A stretch of DNA of 64,000 nt, taken from positions 1 to 64,000 of IMG/VR virus record IMGVR_UViG_3300025751_000015. The stretch is one strand, 5' to 3'. This DNA is from a virus (Duplodnaviria; Caudoviricetes). Below are positions 1 through 9,043 of the stretch, one piece after another. The translations under genes and the position numbers were made by a program. The stretch's first letter is position 1. Every line of letters starts with the position of its first letter. Below the pieces are notes generated by a model that did no database searches, had not been told where the DNA came from, and saw nothing but the letters and a program-made list of their open reading frames with translations.

Positions 1-1
1 A

Positions 2-610
2 CAAGCGGCCAAAGACAAAGCAGAAGCCGATCGTCAAGCAAAAGCAAAAGAACTAGGTCCACAAGCAATGGACGATTATATTACCAAACTTAAAAGACAT
101 GATTGGTCATATGATTACAGCGATGATCATAGTGTTTGGCAAAGAGGTGTTGCTGAAAGAGACGCAATTAGAAATTTACAAAAAGTTATTGACCCGGATT
201 TTGAAGTGTACAACAAATATGCTCCAGATGGTTACAAAGTTAAGGTAAACAGAGAGTCAACACAAGAACAAGCATCAAAAAAACAAATTGATAAGTTTCA
301 TAAAAAATTAGATAAACTGGTTCACAAGTCTTTTGGACATTCGTCGGACGAAAAGAAAAAAGAATCAAGTGACATTTTTAAAGCACTACAAACAATTGAC
401 GAAACAGCAACAGCAGGTTCTACAAGTGCAGGAAATATAGCAACAGTGGTAAGTCCGCATATTGCTATAGGTGATAAAAAGACACGTAAAAAATATGGAC
501 TTATGGGAGGATTACCAAATCCACCAAAAGCCAAAGCACAAAAACCAACAGACAATGCACTGGACATGAAGGGTACTTCTATTTTCGGTGGTACCTTAAA
601 AAGGAGTTAA
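2..610 (+). CDS. Hypothetical phage protein, 5'-truncated by the window edge
   Basis: The frame of ORF 68..610 is open back to base 2 (QAAKDKAEADRQAKAKELGPQAM...); no recognisable family. Confidence 0.7.
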   Translation, partial: QAAKDKAEADRQAKAKELGPQAMDDYITKLKRHDWSYDYSDDHSVWQRGVAERDAIRNLQKVIDPDFEVYNKYAPDGYKVKVNRESTQEQASKKQIDKFHKKLDKLVHKSFGHSSDEKKKESSDIFKALQTIDETATAGSTSAGNIATVVSPHIAIGDKKTRKKYGLMGGLPNPPKAKAQKPTDNALDMKGTSIFGGTLKRS

Positions 611-611
611 T

Positions 612-1064
612 ATGATTAAAGAAGACAAATATGATGAACCAGCAAGCAGTTACGAAGCAGAAATGCTGGACAATCAAATTGCTTTTATCAAATATGCCGC
701 TGACGAAATTAAAGATCACGTACACAAAGGTGGCGTGTTTCCAGAATGGTTCCAGAACAAATTTAGTGGTGTACACGAACAATTAAAAACACTTCACGCA
801 TACATGGAAGGTGAGCGTCAACAAGAAGCAGAACGCAAACGCATGATGAGCATGAAGGATATGAAAGATGATTATTTTGAATCACTAGAACAAAAACTTA
901 ACGAGTCTAAAGATATTTGCAAAGAATGTGGTAAACCAAGTTACACAACATTACCAGAAGAAAAACAAAAAGGTGTTGATGGCAAAGTATGCTGGAAAGG
1001 CTACAAGCGTATGGGCACTAAAAAGAAAAACGGAAAAACAGTTGATAACTGTGTCAAAATGTAA
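612..1064 (+). CDS. Hypothetical protein with C-terminal Cys/Lys-rich motif (CKECGKP ... CWKGYKRMGTKKKNGKTVDNC)
   Basis: AGGAG RBS upstream; 150-aa ORF abutting the previous stop. Confidence 0.75.
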   Translation: MIKEDKYDEPASSYEAEMLDNQIAFIKYAADEIKDHVHKGGVFPEWFQNKFSGVHEQLKTLHAYMEGERQQEAERKRMMSMKDMKDDYFESLEQKLNESKDICKECGKPSYTTLPEEKQKGVDGKVCWKGYKRMGTKKKNGKTVDNCVKM

Positions 1065-1074
1065 GGAGTAGACC

Positions 1075-1467
1075 ATGGCAATCTTAAGTAACATAAACCC
1101 AAATAGACCGCAAAGAGGCAAAAGGTCTGTGAGATTATCAGGAGAAGCGTCTCCGCAAGAAATACCTCTAACTGCTGGCACGGTGGTATTGATTGCCAAC
1201 GGCTCTGGAACAACCTTTACATTGGCTAATGGTCAAGAAGGACAGATGATGGCCTTTGTGGCAAGTTCAGATGGTGCAGGCAACATAAACGATATTAGAG
1301 TAAATTGTAGAGCAAGATACGCATTTGACAACAGCGGCGTAAGAATCACAGGTGCCAGTAGCACGGCAGAATGGGCACCATTCAATGTTACACAAGAACA
1401 TTCAATGGCTTGGGCAGTATTCACAGAAGGCGAATGGTGTTGGAGTCAAGGCACCAACGAAGAATAA
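1075..1467 (+). CDS. Hypothetical protein, beta-strand-like composition
   Basis: AAGGAG RBS; 130-aa ORF in a tightly packed operon. Confidence 0.7.
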   Translation: MAILSNINPNRPQRGKRSVRLSGEASPQEIPLTAGTVVLIANGSGTTFTLANGQEGQMMAFVASSDGAGNINDIRVNCRARYAFDNSGVRITGASSTAEWAPFNVTQEHSMAWAVFTEGEWCWSQGTNEE

Positions 1468-1477
1468 GGAATAGGCA

Positions 1478-2068
1478 ATGGCAGACTTACAAAAAATACT
1501 AAACACTTTTTCAAAACTAGGTATTGAAAATAAAGGTCTGGTTCCAGATAATCCTATGCAACAAAGTAGTGCTTTAAAAGAACAATACGGAAATAATAAC
1601 ACAACAGATCCAAATGCACATGCACGTATGGTAGCAGAAAGCATTAAAGGAAAACATATTCCTGGTGTAAGTGATACTAGTGCAAGTGATATGGCCGCAC
1701 TAGCAGGTATAGGTAAACCAACACAACGTCCGCAACCAGCAAATCCAAATCCTAATATATCAATAGCACCTACACAAACCGTGGACAAATGGGCAGAAGT
1801 TGATTCTAGATTAAACAACATTGAAACTAAACTTAACACTATTTTTGAAAGTATTCAAAAACTAACAGAAATTAGCGATGAAGATTATCGTGCTAAACGT
1901 AAAGCACTACAGGATATTCAAGCAGATCCTAACACAAACAAGGATCCTGAATTGAAAAAAGAACTAATGCGTCGAAAAGCACAATTAGAAAAAGAACGCA
2001 AAGAAACAACCAAAGAATCACTTGAAAGAGGATTTGCCAGTTTTTTAAAAGAGTTGGAGGGTAAGTAA
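1478..2068 (+). CDS. Hypothetical protein with coiled-coil-like C-terminus
   Basis: RBS upstream; 196-aa ORF with a K/E-rich tail. Confidence 0.7.
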   Translation: MADLQKILNTFSKLGIENKGLVPDNPMQQSSALKEQYGNNNTTDPNAHARMVAESIKGKHIPGVSDTSASDMAALAGIGKPTQRPQPANPNPNISIAPTQTVDKWAEVDSRLNNIETKLNTIFESIQKLTEISDEDYRAKRKALQDIQADPNTNKDPELKKELMRRKAQLEKERKETTKESLERGFASFLKELEGK

Positions 2069-2188
2069 ATGACTGAATGTAAATGCGAAAATTGCGGATG
2101 CAATCATCACTGCGGTAAAGAGTGTGAAAAGTGTGCTAATGATGTTTGCACAACTTGTAAATGCGAACACTGCAAAGATGAAAATTAA
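2069..2188 (+). CDS. Metallothionein-like 39-aa peptide (11 Cys, 3 His); not in the ORF track
   Basis: Manual translation MTECKCENCGCNHHCGKECEKCANDVCTTCKCEHCKDEN*; GGAGG at 2056-2060; ATG immediately after the previous TAA. Confidence 0.75.
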   Translation: MTECKCENCGCNHHCGKECEKCANDVCTTCKCEHCKDEN

Positions 2189-2339
2189 AGAAGTAGTAGA
2201 TTATTTCTACGGACTAGATCCTGCTCACATGTCCTATCGACACAAGGTAGGAGACATATATGGTAAAAAGAATTTAAAAATTCCAAGAGCAAAACTTCAC
2301 AAATCCAAAAAAGTAAAATCAAAGCCTAGTAAAGCATAA
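2178..2339 (+). CDS. Small basic hypothetical protein (MKIKEVV...), start revised from 2124
   Basis: In-frame ATG at 2178 overlaps the end of the Cys-rich ORF by 11 nt; the longer 2124 start would overlap most of it. Confidence 0.55.
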   Translation: MKIKEVVDYFYGLDPAHMSYRHKVGDIYGKKNLKIPRAKLHKSKKVKSKPSKA

Positions 2340-2347
2340 TTACTATT

Positions 2348-3385
2348 ATGAAAGTTACTAGCATTCCCGGCATGGGAAAATACGGTGTTTATATTGATGG
2401 CTTAAAAGCCAAAGATATAGACGATGACCTATGGTTAGAAATAGGATCAATACATCTACAAAGCCTTGTAACAATTATACGTGATATAGATTTTACCATA
2501 GACGAATATTCTAAAAGGATTCTTCAATGGGGTAAACACGTTGATCTATTTGAAATTCATTTACAAAAAGAATACAATACCAAAGATGTAACAGCACTGT
2601 TACGTAATGATAATATTAACGGTAAACAAGTAAATCCTGAAGATAAAAAGTGGGTTGAAACTGTTTTGAATTACTGCGAAACCGATGAAGTTATGCGTGT
2701 TAGCGGAATGAAAGATGCAAACGGAAAACCAATCGGTATGTTCGCAGAAGGCGAACTTCTTTGGCACAGTAATGAAAGTGCTAATCTAAATCATACTCCG
2801 GGTGTTAGTTTATTAGGTGGAACAGGAATGACCAAGAGTTGCACCGGATTTGTTACAACTGCTGAATGGTATGAAAATCAAACAGAAAGTTTTAGAAGTG
2901 AACTTGATCAAATCATTATACAACATAGATTCACTCCGGGAAAAATAAATCCCGGATTAAGAGCAGAGCAGGATTATGTTGTTCAAAAAAATATGTGCCC
3001 TGAAGATAGTTATATACCTTTGGTTATCAAATCACCATATGGACACAAAGGACTGCATTATTCTGTAAACACGGTTTATGGAGTAAAAGATATGAAGCAA
3101 GAAGAAGCACAAAAACTTTTTGATTACATAAACAGCACACTGTTCACCGACGAATACATATATGATCACTGGTATCAAAACGATAACGATTTATGTTTGT
3201 TTGATAATAGCATTACATTACACAGACGGTTGGGTAGCACAGATAATCGACTTGCTTATAGAATACAGTATGACTACGGAAATCTTATAGAAAATTATAA
3301 TCCATACATCTTAGAACCTTTTGCTAGTGAATATAGAAAAAATAAAGACAGCATCAATCAAGTATTATCTAGTAGAAATCAATAA
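2348..3385 (+). CDS. TauD/TfdA-family Fe(II)/2-oxoglutarate dioxygenase-like protein
   Basis: LLWHSNES (HxD/E region), T.F.T motif, and C-terminal DLCLFDNSITLHRR typical of the TauD W..GD...WDN...H.R motif. Confidence 0.75.
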   Translation: MKVTSIPGMGKYGVYIDGLKAKDIDDDLWLEIGSIHLQSLVTIIRDIDFTIDEYSKRILQWGKHVDLFEIHLQKEYNTKDVTALLRNDNINGKQVNPEDKKWVETVLNYCETDEVMRVSGMKDANGKPIGMFAEGELLWHSNESANLNHTPGVSLLGGTGMTKSCTGFVTTAEWYENQTESFRSELDQIIIQHRFTPGKINPGLRAEQDYVVQKNMCPEDSYIPLVIKSPYGHKGLHYSVNTVYGVKDMKQEEAQKLFDYINSTLFTDEYIYDHWYQNDNDLCLFDNSITLHRRLGSTDNRLAYRIQYDYGNLIENYNPYILEPFASEYRKNKDSINQVLSSRNQ

Positions 3386-3389
3386 ATAC
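3382..3389 (+). promoter_or_regulatory. Candidate T4-late-type promoter (AATAAATA)
   Basis: Resembles TATAAATA; overlaps the TauD stop, upstream of ORF 3415. Confidence 0.35.
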
Positions 3390-3414
3390 GTACATAAACA
3401 AAAAAAGGATTTTT

Positions 3415-4065
3415 ATGGCGTTTCTAGTACACAATCTTCCACCCATCGAAGTTTTTGTTAAAAAAGAATATCTGTACGACCATCAAAAGGGTCACGGAGA
3501 ACTCACTCCTGGTATGTGGATTAGTATTAGAAGCATACAAAGCAAAGCACTTTACTTTGAAACTTTACTAGTTGAATACGGTGCTTTATATGATAAGTTA
3601 CCTATATCAGCATTTGTATGGAAGAAAGACTACGACAAAGACAATCAACTTCCACTAGACACATTACAAATTTGGGATTGTTTTGATTACGACATCACAG
3701 TAATTAAAAAGCCTATGCTATGCGATTGTGAATTCTTTGGCAAGGATCGCAAAATGCACAAAGGTGAGTATATGTTTACACTAGACACCTGTCACGCACA
3801 ACATTCGACACTTGATATAAATTTTGCAGAACATGACCCAGAACATAAAACATTTAATATTATTAAATTAAACAACGGACAGTTTGCGGCACAACCAAAC
3901 AACAGGGTAGTGTTTACAGATCAAAGTTTAATTCCAACAGAAAGAAAGACACCAGATTTTAAAGTATGCACACAGAACTACACAGTGGAGAACAATCCTA
4001 AATGGAGCGTTGGACACACGGATGAATGGGCATACAAAGATAAAGGCGAGGGATTGAAGGATTGA
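3415..4065 (+). CDS. Hypothetical protein
   Basis: AAGGA RBS; 216-aa ORF; no function recognised. Confidence 0.8.
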   Translation: MAFLVHNLPPIEVFVKKEYLYDHQKGHGELTPGMWISIRSIQSKALYFETLLVEYGALYDKLPISAFVWKKDYDKDNQLPLDTLQIWDCFDYDITVIKKPMLCDCEFFGKDRKMHKGEYMFTLDTCHAQHSTLDINFAEHDPEHKTFNIIKLNNGQFAAQPNNRVVFTDQSLIPTERKTPDFKVCTQNYTVENNPKWSVGHTDEWAYKDKGEGLKD

Positions 4066-4259
4066 CTTTAGAGGATGTCAAAGATGCATATAAAATCTTT
4101 TGGCAAGTAAAAGGTCATTTAAACACATCGCACGAAACAATACTAAGTTGTAAAGAATCTTATTTTAAAAGATTATGGTACAACGAAGAAGCATATATAC
4201 ACCAAGACGGATTTGAAGAAGCATGGCAAACGATAAAATCAAAATTAAAAGAACAATAG
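4062..4259 (+). CDS. Small hypothetical protein (TTG start)
   Basis: TTGA overlap with the previous stop; AAGGA upstream. Confidence 0.55.
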   Translation: MTLEDVKDAYKIFWQVKGHLNTSHETILSCKESYFKRLWYNEEAYIHQDGFEEAWQTIKSKLKEQ

Positions 4260-4762
4260 AGTACAACGGTCCAAATAAAAGAGACTATTTTTTAGCAGAT
4301 TTATTAAAAAAATTTAATCCTACCCTAGGATGTGAAGTCGGAGTACGCAACGGTCGTACTACATTTTATTTGCTTAATACATTTATTAATCTAAAAATGT
4401 ATGCTATTGATTATGATATTAAATTATTTTACAAAGACAATATAATATTAAAGTACGGACCTCGACTAAAAGCAATACAAGGACATAGTCATCATGTACA
4501 CGATCAAATTGAAGATAACAGTTTAGACTTTGTGTTTATTGATGCTGGTCATGATTACAATAGTGTAAAAGGTGATATAGAATACTATACACCTAAACTT
4601 AAATCAAACGGATGGTTATGTGGACACGATATGGATTTTCCTGGTGTAAACAAAGCAGTAAACGAATTGCTACCAAACAACCATCATATTGGCCCAAACA
4701 ATGTTTGGTTTACGTGCTTAGACAAATCGGTGCCAATTCCGTTTAAAGTTCTTGACAACTAG
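4223..4762 (+). CDS. Class I SAM-dependent methyltransferase (Methyltransf_24-like)
   Basis: GCEVGVRNG (motif I), LDFVFIDAGHDY and GWLCGHD motifs. Confidence 0.8.
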   Translation: MANDKIKIKRTIEYNGPNKRDYFLADLLKKFNPTLGCEVGVRNGRTTFYLLNTFINLKMYAIDYDIKLFYKDNIILKYGPRLKAIQGHSHHVHDQIEDNSLDFVFIDAGHDYNSVKGDIEYYTPKLKSNGWLCGHDMDFPGVNKAVNELLPNNHHIGPNNVWFTCLDKSVPIPFKVLDN

Positions 4763-4780
4763 CATAAATCTATATACAAT
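4752..4780 (+). promoter_or_regulatory. Sigma70-type promoter TTGACA-N17-TACAAT
   Basis: Direct match; precedes the AAGGAG RBS of ORF 4809. Confidence 0.75.
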
Positions 4781-4808
4781 ATAAAAATTATTAACAAAGG
4801 AGACTCAC

Positions 4809-5072
4809 ATGAGTGATAGAACTTTTGGCGCGGAAGAAAAAGCCAAATTGGTCCAAATTGTAAATGAAGGTGTAACTGTACTAACTGAAGTGCAAGACCT
4901 ACAAGAAGGATTACGTGATACTGTAAAAGCAGTAGCAGAAGAACTAGATATTAAACCAGCACTGATCAACAAAGCAATTAAGATTGCACAAAAAGGTGAA
5001 TGGCAAAAAGCAGTTGATGAGTTTGAAGACTTAGAAACCATCATTGTTACTACAGGCAAGGACAAAGTCTAA
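4809..5072 (+). CDS. Small helical dsDNA-binding protein, T4 DsbA / GapR-like
   Basis: 87 aa; pattern D..K.VAEELDIKPAL.NKAIKIA.K resembles DsbA/GapR helices (recognition by eye). Confidence 0.5.
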   Translation: MSDRTFGAEEKAKLVQIVNEGVTVLTEVQDLQEGLRDTVKAVAEELDIKPALINKAIKIAQKGEWQKAVDEFEDLETIIVTTGKDKV

Positions 5073-5074
5073 TT

Positions 5075-5356
5075 TTGCAAAAAGTAAAAGACTTTTGGAT
5101 AAACTCTTACAGGAGTGATAAAATAGCATTTTCATTTGAACTTGTTAGTTTTATCTTTACGGTTGGAGCAAGTATGACGTTGGCTTTTAACGCAAGAGAT
5201 CCTAATATGATGGTAGTTTATCCTGGATTCTTTATTGGTAGCATTACGCAAGTTTATGCTAGTTGGCGCAGAGGTGCCGCTTGGATTATGTTGTTAACTT
5301 CATATTTTGCTTGTGTAAACGTATTTGGATTTGGTGTAGCCGCAGGATGGTGGTAA
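5075..5356 (+). CDS. Small three-helix membrane protein (TTG start)
   Basis: Three hydrophobic segments in 93 aa. Confidence 0.6.
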   Translation: MQKVKDFWINSYRSDKIAFSFELVSFIFTVGASMTLAFNARDPNMMVVYPGFFIGSITQVYASWRRGAAWIMLLTSYFACVNVFGFGVAAGWW

Positions 5357-5464
5357 ATGCTTTCATATATCACTAAACCCTGGCATAATTGGTTAGCCAT
5401 AATTATATTAGGAATTCTAGAATTAACCTTCATAGGATTCTTTATTTGGACTTTGGTAAAATAA
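5357..5464 (+). CDS. 35-aa single-pass membrane peptide; not in the ORF track
   Basis: MLSYITKPWHNWLAIIILGILELTFIGFFIWTLVK*; ATG directly follows the previous TAA. Confidence 0.45.
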   Translation: MLSYITKPWHNWLAIIILGILELTFIGFFIWTLVK

Positions 5465-5477
5465 ATTAATTAAAGGC

Positions 5478-5506
5478 TTGATTTTTTTAGGCACAGAACG
5501 TATAAT
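5478..5506 (+). promoter_or_regulatory. Sigma70-type promoter TTGATT-N17-TATAAT for the DNA polymerase gene
   Basis: Direct sequence match in the intergenic region. Confidence 0.7.
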
Positions 5507-5530
5507 AGTAAATAATGTTGAAGAAGGTCA

Positions 5531-5576
5531 GTCGGCCATAAACGACATAATTGGTTTTTGCCAGCCGCAAGTGGCA
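5531..5576 (+). promoter_or_regulatory. Structured 5' leader of the polymerase mRNA (two hairpins), candidate translational operator
   Basis: GTCG/CGAC stem with an 8-nt loop (5531-5546) and TGCCA/TGGCA stem with a GCAA loop (5559-5576), just before AGGAG and a TTG start. Confidence 0.4.
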
Positions 5577-5592
5577 TATATAGGAGAAGATA

Positions 5593-8262
5593 TTGAGTTA
5601 CGTAGATGCACTCTGGGATCGTGATAAAGACATTATCAAGGTTGTAGAGAGAAACAAAAAAGGCGAACGTGAGTTTCGCGAATTCCCCGCAAGATATGTA
5701 TTTTATTATGGCGATGCTAAAGGCAAGCAAAAAAGTACCTTTGGCGATAGCGTCAGTCGTGTTGTTTGCAAAAGTTGGAAAGACTTCTTAAAAGAACAAA
5801 AGATTAACAAGCACCGCGGATTATTTGAAGCAGATATCAATCCTGTATATAGATTACTAGAAGAAAACTATCTTGGACAAGATGCACCAAATCTAAATGT
5901 TGCGTTTTTCGATATTGAGGTAGACTTTGATCCAGAACGTGGGTACAGTTCACCGGAAGATCCTTTTACGGCCATTACTGCAATCACAGTACATCTACAA
6001 TGGCTTGATAGCCTTATTACACTAGCACTTCCGCCCAAAACACTTACTATGGAACAGGCGAAAGAAGAATGTAAGGATTTTCCTAACACATATCTGTTTG
6101 AAACTGAAGCCGAAATGCTCGACACGTTTTTGGACTTAATTAAAGACGCAGATATTTTATCAGGTTGGAACAGTGAAGGTTATGATATTCCATATACCGT
6201 AAACCGTATTACTCGTGTTCTTTCAAAAGAAGATACAAGACGTTTTTGTTTGTGGGATCAATATCCTAAGAAAAGAACATATGAAAAATATGGAAGAGAG
6301 CAGGAAACCTATGACCTAATAGGCAGACAGCATTTAGACAGTCTTGAACTTTATCGTAAATATACGTATGAAGAAAGGCACACTTATAGACTTGATGCCA
6401 TTGGTGAAATGGAAGTCGGTGAAAAGAAAACTGTTTATGAAGGTACCCTCGATCAACTTTATAACAATGACTTCCGAACGTTTATCGAATACAACAGACA
6501 AGACGTTGCACTACTGGACAAGTTGGACAAAAAATTAAGGTTTATTGACTTAGCCAATGAACTTGCTCATGCAAACACAGTTTTGCTACCCACCACAATG
6601 GGTGCTGTGGCTGTTACAGAACAAGCAATCATAAACGAAGCACACAGACGTGGTTATGTAGTTCCTAACAGAGTACATAGAGAACCAGGCTCTGCACAGG
6701 CGGCAGGTGCTTATGTTGCATATCCTAAAAAAGGATTGCATGACTGGATCGGTTCAATGGACTTGAATTCACTATATCCTTCCGTTATTCGTGCATTGAA
6801 TATGGATCCGGCAACCGTTGTGGGTCAACTGCGTCAAACACATACAGAAAACTATCTCAGCGAACAAATGAACTTTAAAAAGAAATCATTTGCGGCGGCT
6901 TGGGAAGGAAAGTTTGGTAGTCTTGAATATGACTACGTTATGGAACAACGCAAAGATATCGAGATCACAGTTGATTGGGAAAACGGCGAAAGTGATTCGT
7001 TAAGTGCCGCGGAAGTTTACAGACTTATTTTTGAAAGCAATCAACCATGGATGTTGAGTGCTAACGGTACTATTTTTACAACTGAGTATGAAGGTATTAT
7101 TCCTGGACTATTAAAGAGGTGGTATGCAGAACGTAAAGAAATGCAGGCAAAGAAAGTTGCATCACAAGACGCAGGTAACAAAATTGAAACTGCTTTTTGG
7201 GACAAACGTCAGTTGGTTAAGAAAATTAACCTTAACAGTTTGTATGGTGCTATTCTTAATCCTGGCTGTAGATTTTTCGATCATCGTATTGGTCAAAGCA
7301 CAACACTTACCGGAAGAAGCATTGCAAAACATATGGCTTCTAAGGTCAATGAGATTATAACAGGCGAATATGATCACACAGGTAAGAGCATTATCTATGG
7401 TGACACTGACTCTGTTTATTTTAGTGCATATACAAGTCTACGTGCTGAAATACAAAAAGGCGATATTCCGTGGACTAAAGAAAGTGTTACACAACTGTAT
7501 GATCAAATTTGTGAAGAAGCAAACACTACGTTTCCTAAGTTTATGGGCGATGCATTTCATTGTCCTAAGAGCAGAGGGGAAGTTATTGCGGCAGGTAGAG
7601 AAGTTGTTGGTATAAAAGGTTTGTTTATTACAAAGAAACGATATGCTGTATTGATTTATGATCTCGAAGGCTTTAGAACAGATACTGAAGGTAAGCCGGG
7701 CAAAGTAAAAGCAATGGGTCTTGATCTTAAGAGATCAGATACTCCTGTGTTTATGCAGGATTTCTTAAGTGAAGTATTGTTGGCAGTGCTGACAGGTGCT
7801 CAAGAAGATCAAGTACTAGAAATGATTACAGACTTTAGAACAAAATTTAAAGCACGACCAGGTTGGGAAAAAGGTTCACCCAAACGTGCAAATAATATTA
7901 CTGATTATCTTGCTAAACTTAAAAAGCAAGGTAAGGTTAATATGCCGGGTCATGTAAGGGCAAGTATCAATTGGAATACCCTTAAAGAAATGAACGGTGA
8001 CAAATTTAGTATGAACATTGTAGACGGTATGAAAGTTATTGTTTGCAAACTAAAAAATAATCCAATGGGATATACTTCGGTTGCGTATCCCACGGATGAA
8101 CTGCGTATTCCAAAATGGTTCCAAGAACTGCCATTTGCTGACGAAGAAATGGAATCAACCATTATCGACAACAAATTGGATAACTTGATTGGAGTTCTAG
8201 AATGGGATATAAAATCAACCGAACAGAAGAATACATTCAATAATTTATTTGACTTTGAATGA
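5593..8262 (+). CDS. Family B DNA polymerase with 3'-5' exonuclease
   Basis: Exo motifs FFDIE, GWNSEGYD and YNRQD; polymerase motifs DLNSLYPS, KINLNSLYG, YGDTDS and KKRY; no intein-sized insertion. Confidence 0.97.
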   Translation: MSYVDALWDRDKDIIKVVERNKKGEREFREFPARYVFYYGDAKGKQKSTFGDSVSRVVCKSWKDFLKEQKINKHRGLFEADINPVYRLLEENYLGQDAPNLNVAFFDIEVDFDPERGYSSPEDPFTAITAITVHLQWLDSLITLALPPKTLTMEQAKEECKDFPNTYLFETEAEMLDTFLDLIKDADILSGWNSEGYDIPYTVNRITRVLSKEDTRRFCLWDQYPKKRTYEKYGREQETYDLIGRQHLDSLELYRKYTYEERHTYRLDAIGEMEVGEKKTVYEGTLDQLYNNDFRTFIEYNRQDVALLDKLDKKLRFIDLANELAHANTVLLPTTMGAVAVTEQAIINEAHRRGYVVPNRVHREPGSAQAAGAYVAYPKKGLHDWIGSMDLNSLYPSVIRALNMDPATVVGQLRQTHTENYLSEQMNFKKKSFAAAWEGKFGSLEYDYVMEQRKDIEITVDWENGESDSLSAAEVYRLIFESNQPWMLSANGTIFTTEYEGIIPGLLKRWYAERKEMQAKKVASQDAGNKIETAFWDKRQLVKKINLNSLYGAILNPGCRFFDHRIGQSTTLTGRSIAKHMASKVNEIITGEYDHTGKSIIYGDTDSVYFSAYTSLRAEIQKGDIPWTKESVTQLYDQICEEANTTFPKFMGDAFHCPKSRGEVIAAGREVVGIKGLFITKKRYAVLIYDLEGFRTDTEGKPGKVKAMGLDLKRSDTPVFMQDFLSEVLLAVLTGAQEDQVLEMITDFRTKFKARPGWEKGSPKRANNITDYLAKLKKQGKVNMPGHVRASINWNTLKEMNGDKFSMNIVDGMKVIVCKLKNNPMGYTSVAYPTDELRIPKWFQELPFADEEMESTIIDNKLDNLIGVLEWDIKSTEQKNTFNNLFDFE

Positions 8263-8277
8263 TTTTCTAAATATAAT
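8249..8277 (+). promoter_or_regulatory. Sigma70 promoter TTGACT-N17-TATAAT with overlapping TAAATA (8268-8273)
   Basis: Direct match upstream of the clamp-like gene. Confidence 0.6.
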
Positions 8278-8300
8278 AGTAATAAGGAACGGAGAAAACT

Positions 8301-9032
8301 ATGAAAGACATATTACAAGACATTGTAGCACATACACACGCACTTGGCTTTTTAAACATTGTTAAAGTAAACGGTGATGATGCACAAACAGGTATTGATA
8401 GCATGGCAGAGGATCGCTCTGTAATCATGCAGGCAAATACAAAAAATGCACAGGTTGAAATGAAGGGTACCTTTGGTATGCCTAACCTAAATAAACTAGA
8501 CATTCATTTGAAGTGTCCAGAATACAAAGATGGTGCAACTATTGATGTTGTGCATCAGGATAGAAATGGTGTACAAATTCCAACAGGTATACACTTTGAA
8601 AATCAAGCAGGCGATTTTAAAAACGATTATCGTTTTATGAATGCAGATATTATTAATGAAAAACTTAAAACTGTTAAATTTAAAGGTGCTCAGTGGGACG
8701 TCGAAGTTTCACCAACACTAGCAAGTGTACAGAGATTTAAAATGCAGGCAACTGCAAACGCAGAAGAAACTGTGTTTACAGTATTAACAGATGGTGCAGA
8801 TATTAAATTTAAGTTTGGTGATGCAAGCACACACGCAGGAGAGTTTGTATTCGCAACTGGTGTAACTGGTAAACTTAAAAATGAATGGGCATGGCCTGTA
8901 CAGCAAACACTTGCTATTCTAAGTTTAGATGGTGACAAGGTTATGAAGTTTTCAGATCAAGGTGCTATGCAGATTAGCGTAGACAGTGGTCTTGCAACTT
9001 ATGAATATATCTTGCCAGCACAAAGCAAGTAA
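8301..9032 (+). CDS. Probable DNA sliding clamp (gp45/PCNA fold)
   Basis: 243 aa (clamp size), directly after PolB, alternating alpha/beta pattern and C-terminal YEYILPA reminiscent of PCNA-type clamps. Confidence 0.6.
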   Translation: MKDILQDIVAHTHALGFLNIVKVNGDDAQTGIDSMAEDRSVIMQANTKNAQVEMKGTFGMPNLNKLDIHLKCPEYKDGATIDVVHQDRNGVQIPTGIHFENQAGDFKNDYRFMNADIINEKLKTVKFKGAQWDVEVSPTLASVQRFKMQATANAEETVFTVLTDGADIKFKFGDASTHAGEFVFATGVTGKLKNEWAWPVQQTLAILSLDGDKVMKFSDQGAMQISVDSGLATYEYILPAQSK

Positions 9033-9043
9033 GGAGAATACAA

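Noticed and set aside
5593-8262. Intein or intron in the DNA polymerase (also checked thyX)
   Set aside because: Catalytic motifs are at normal spacing and lengths are ordinary.
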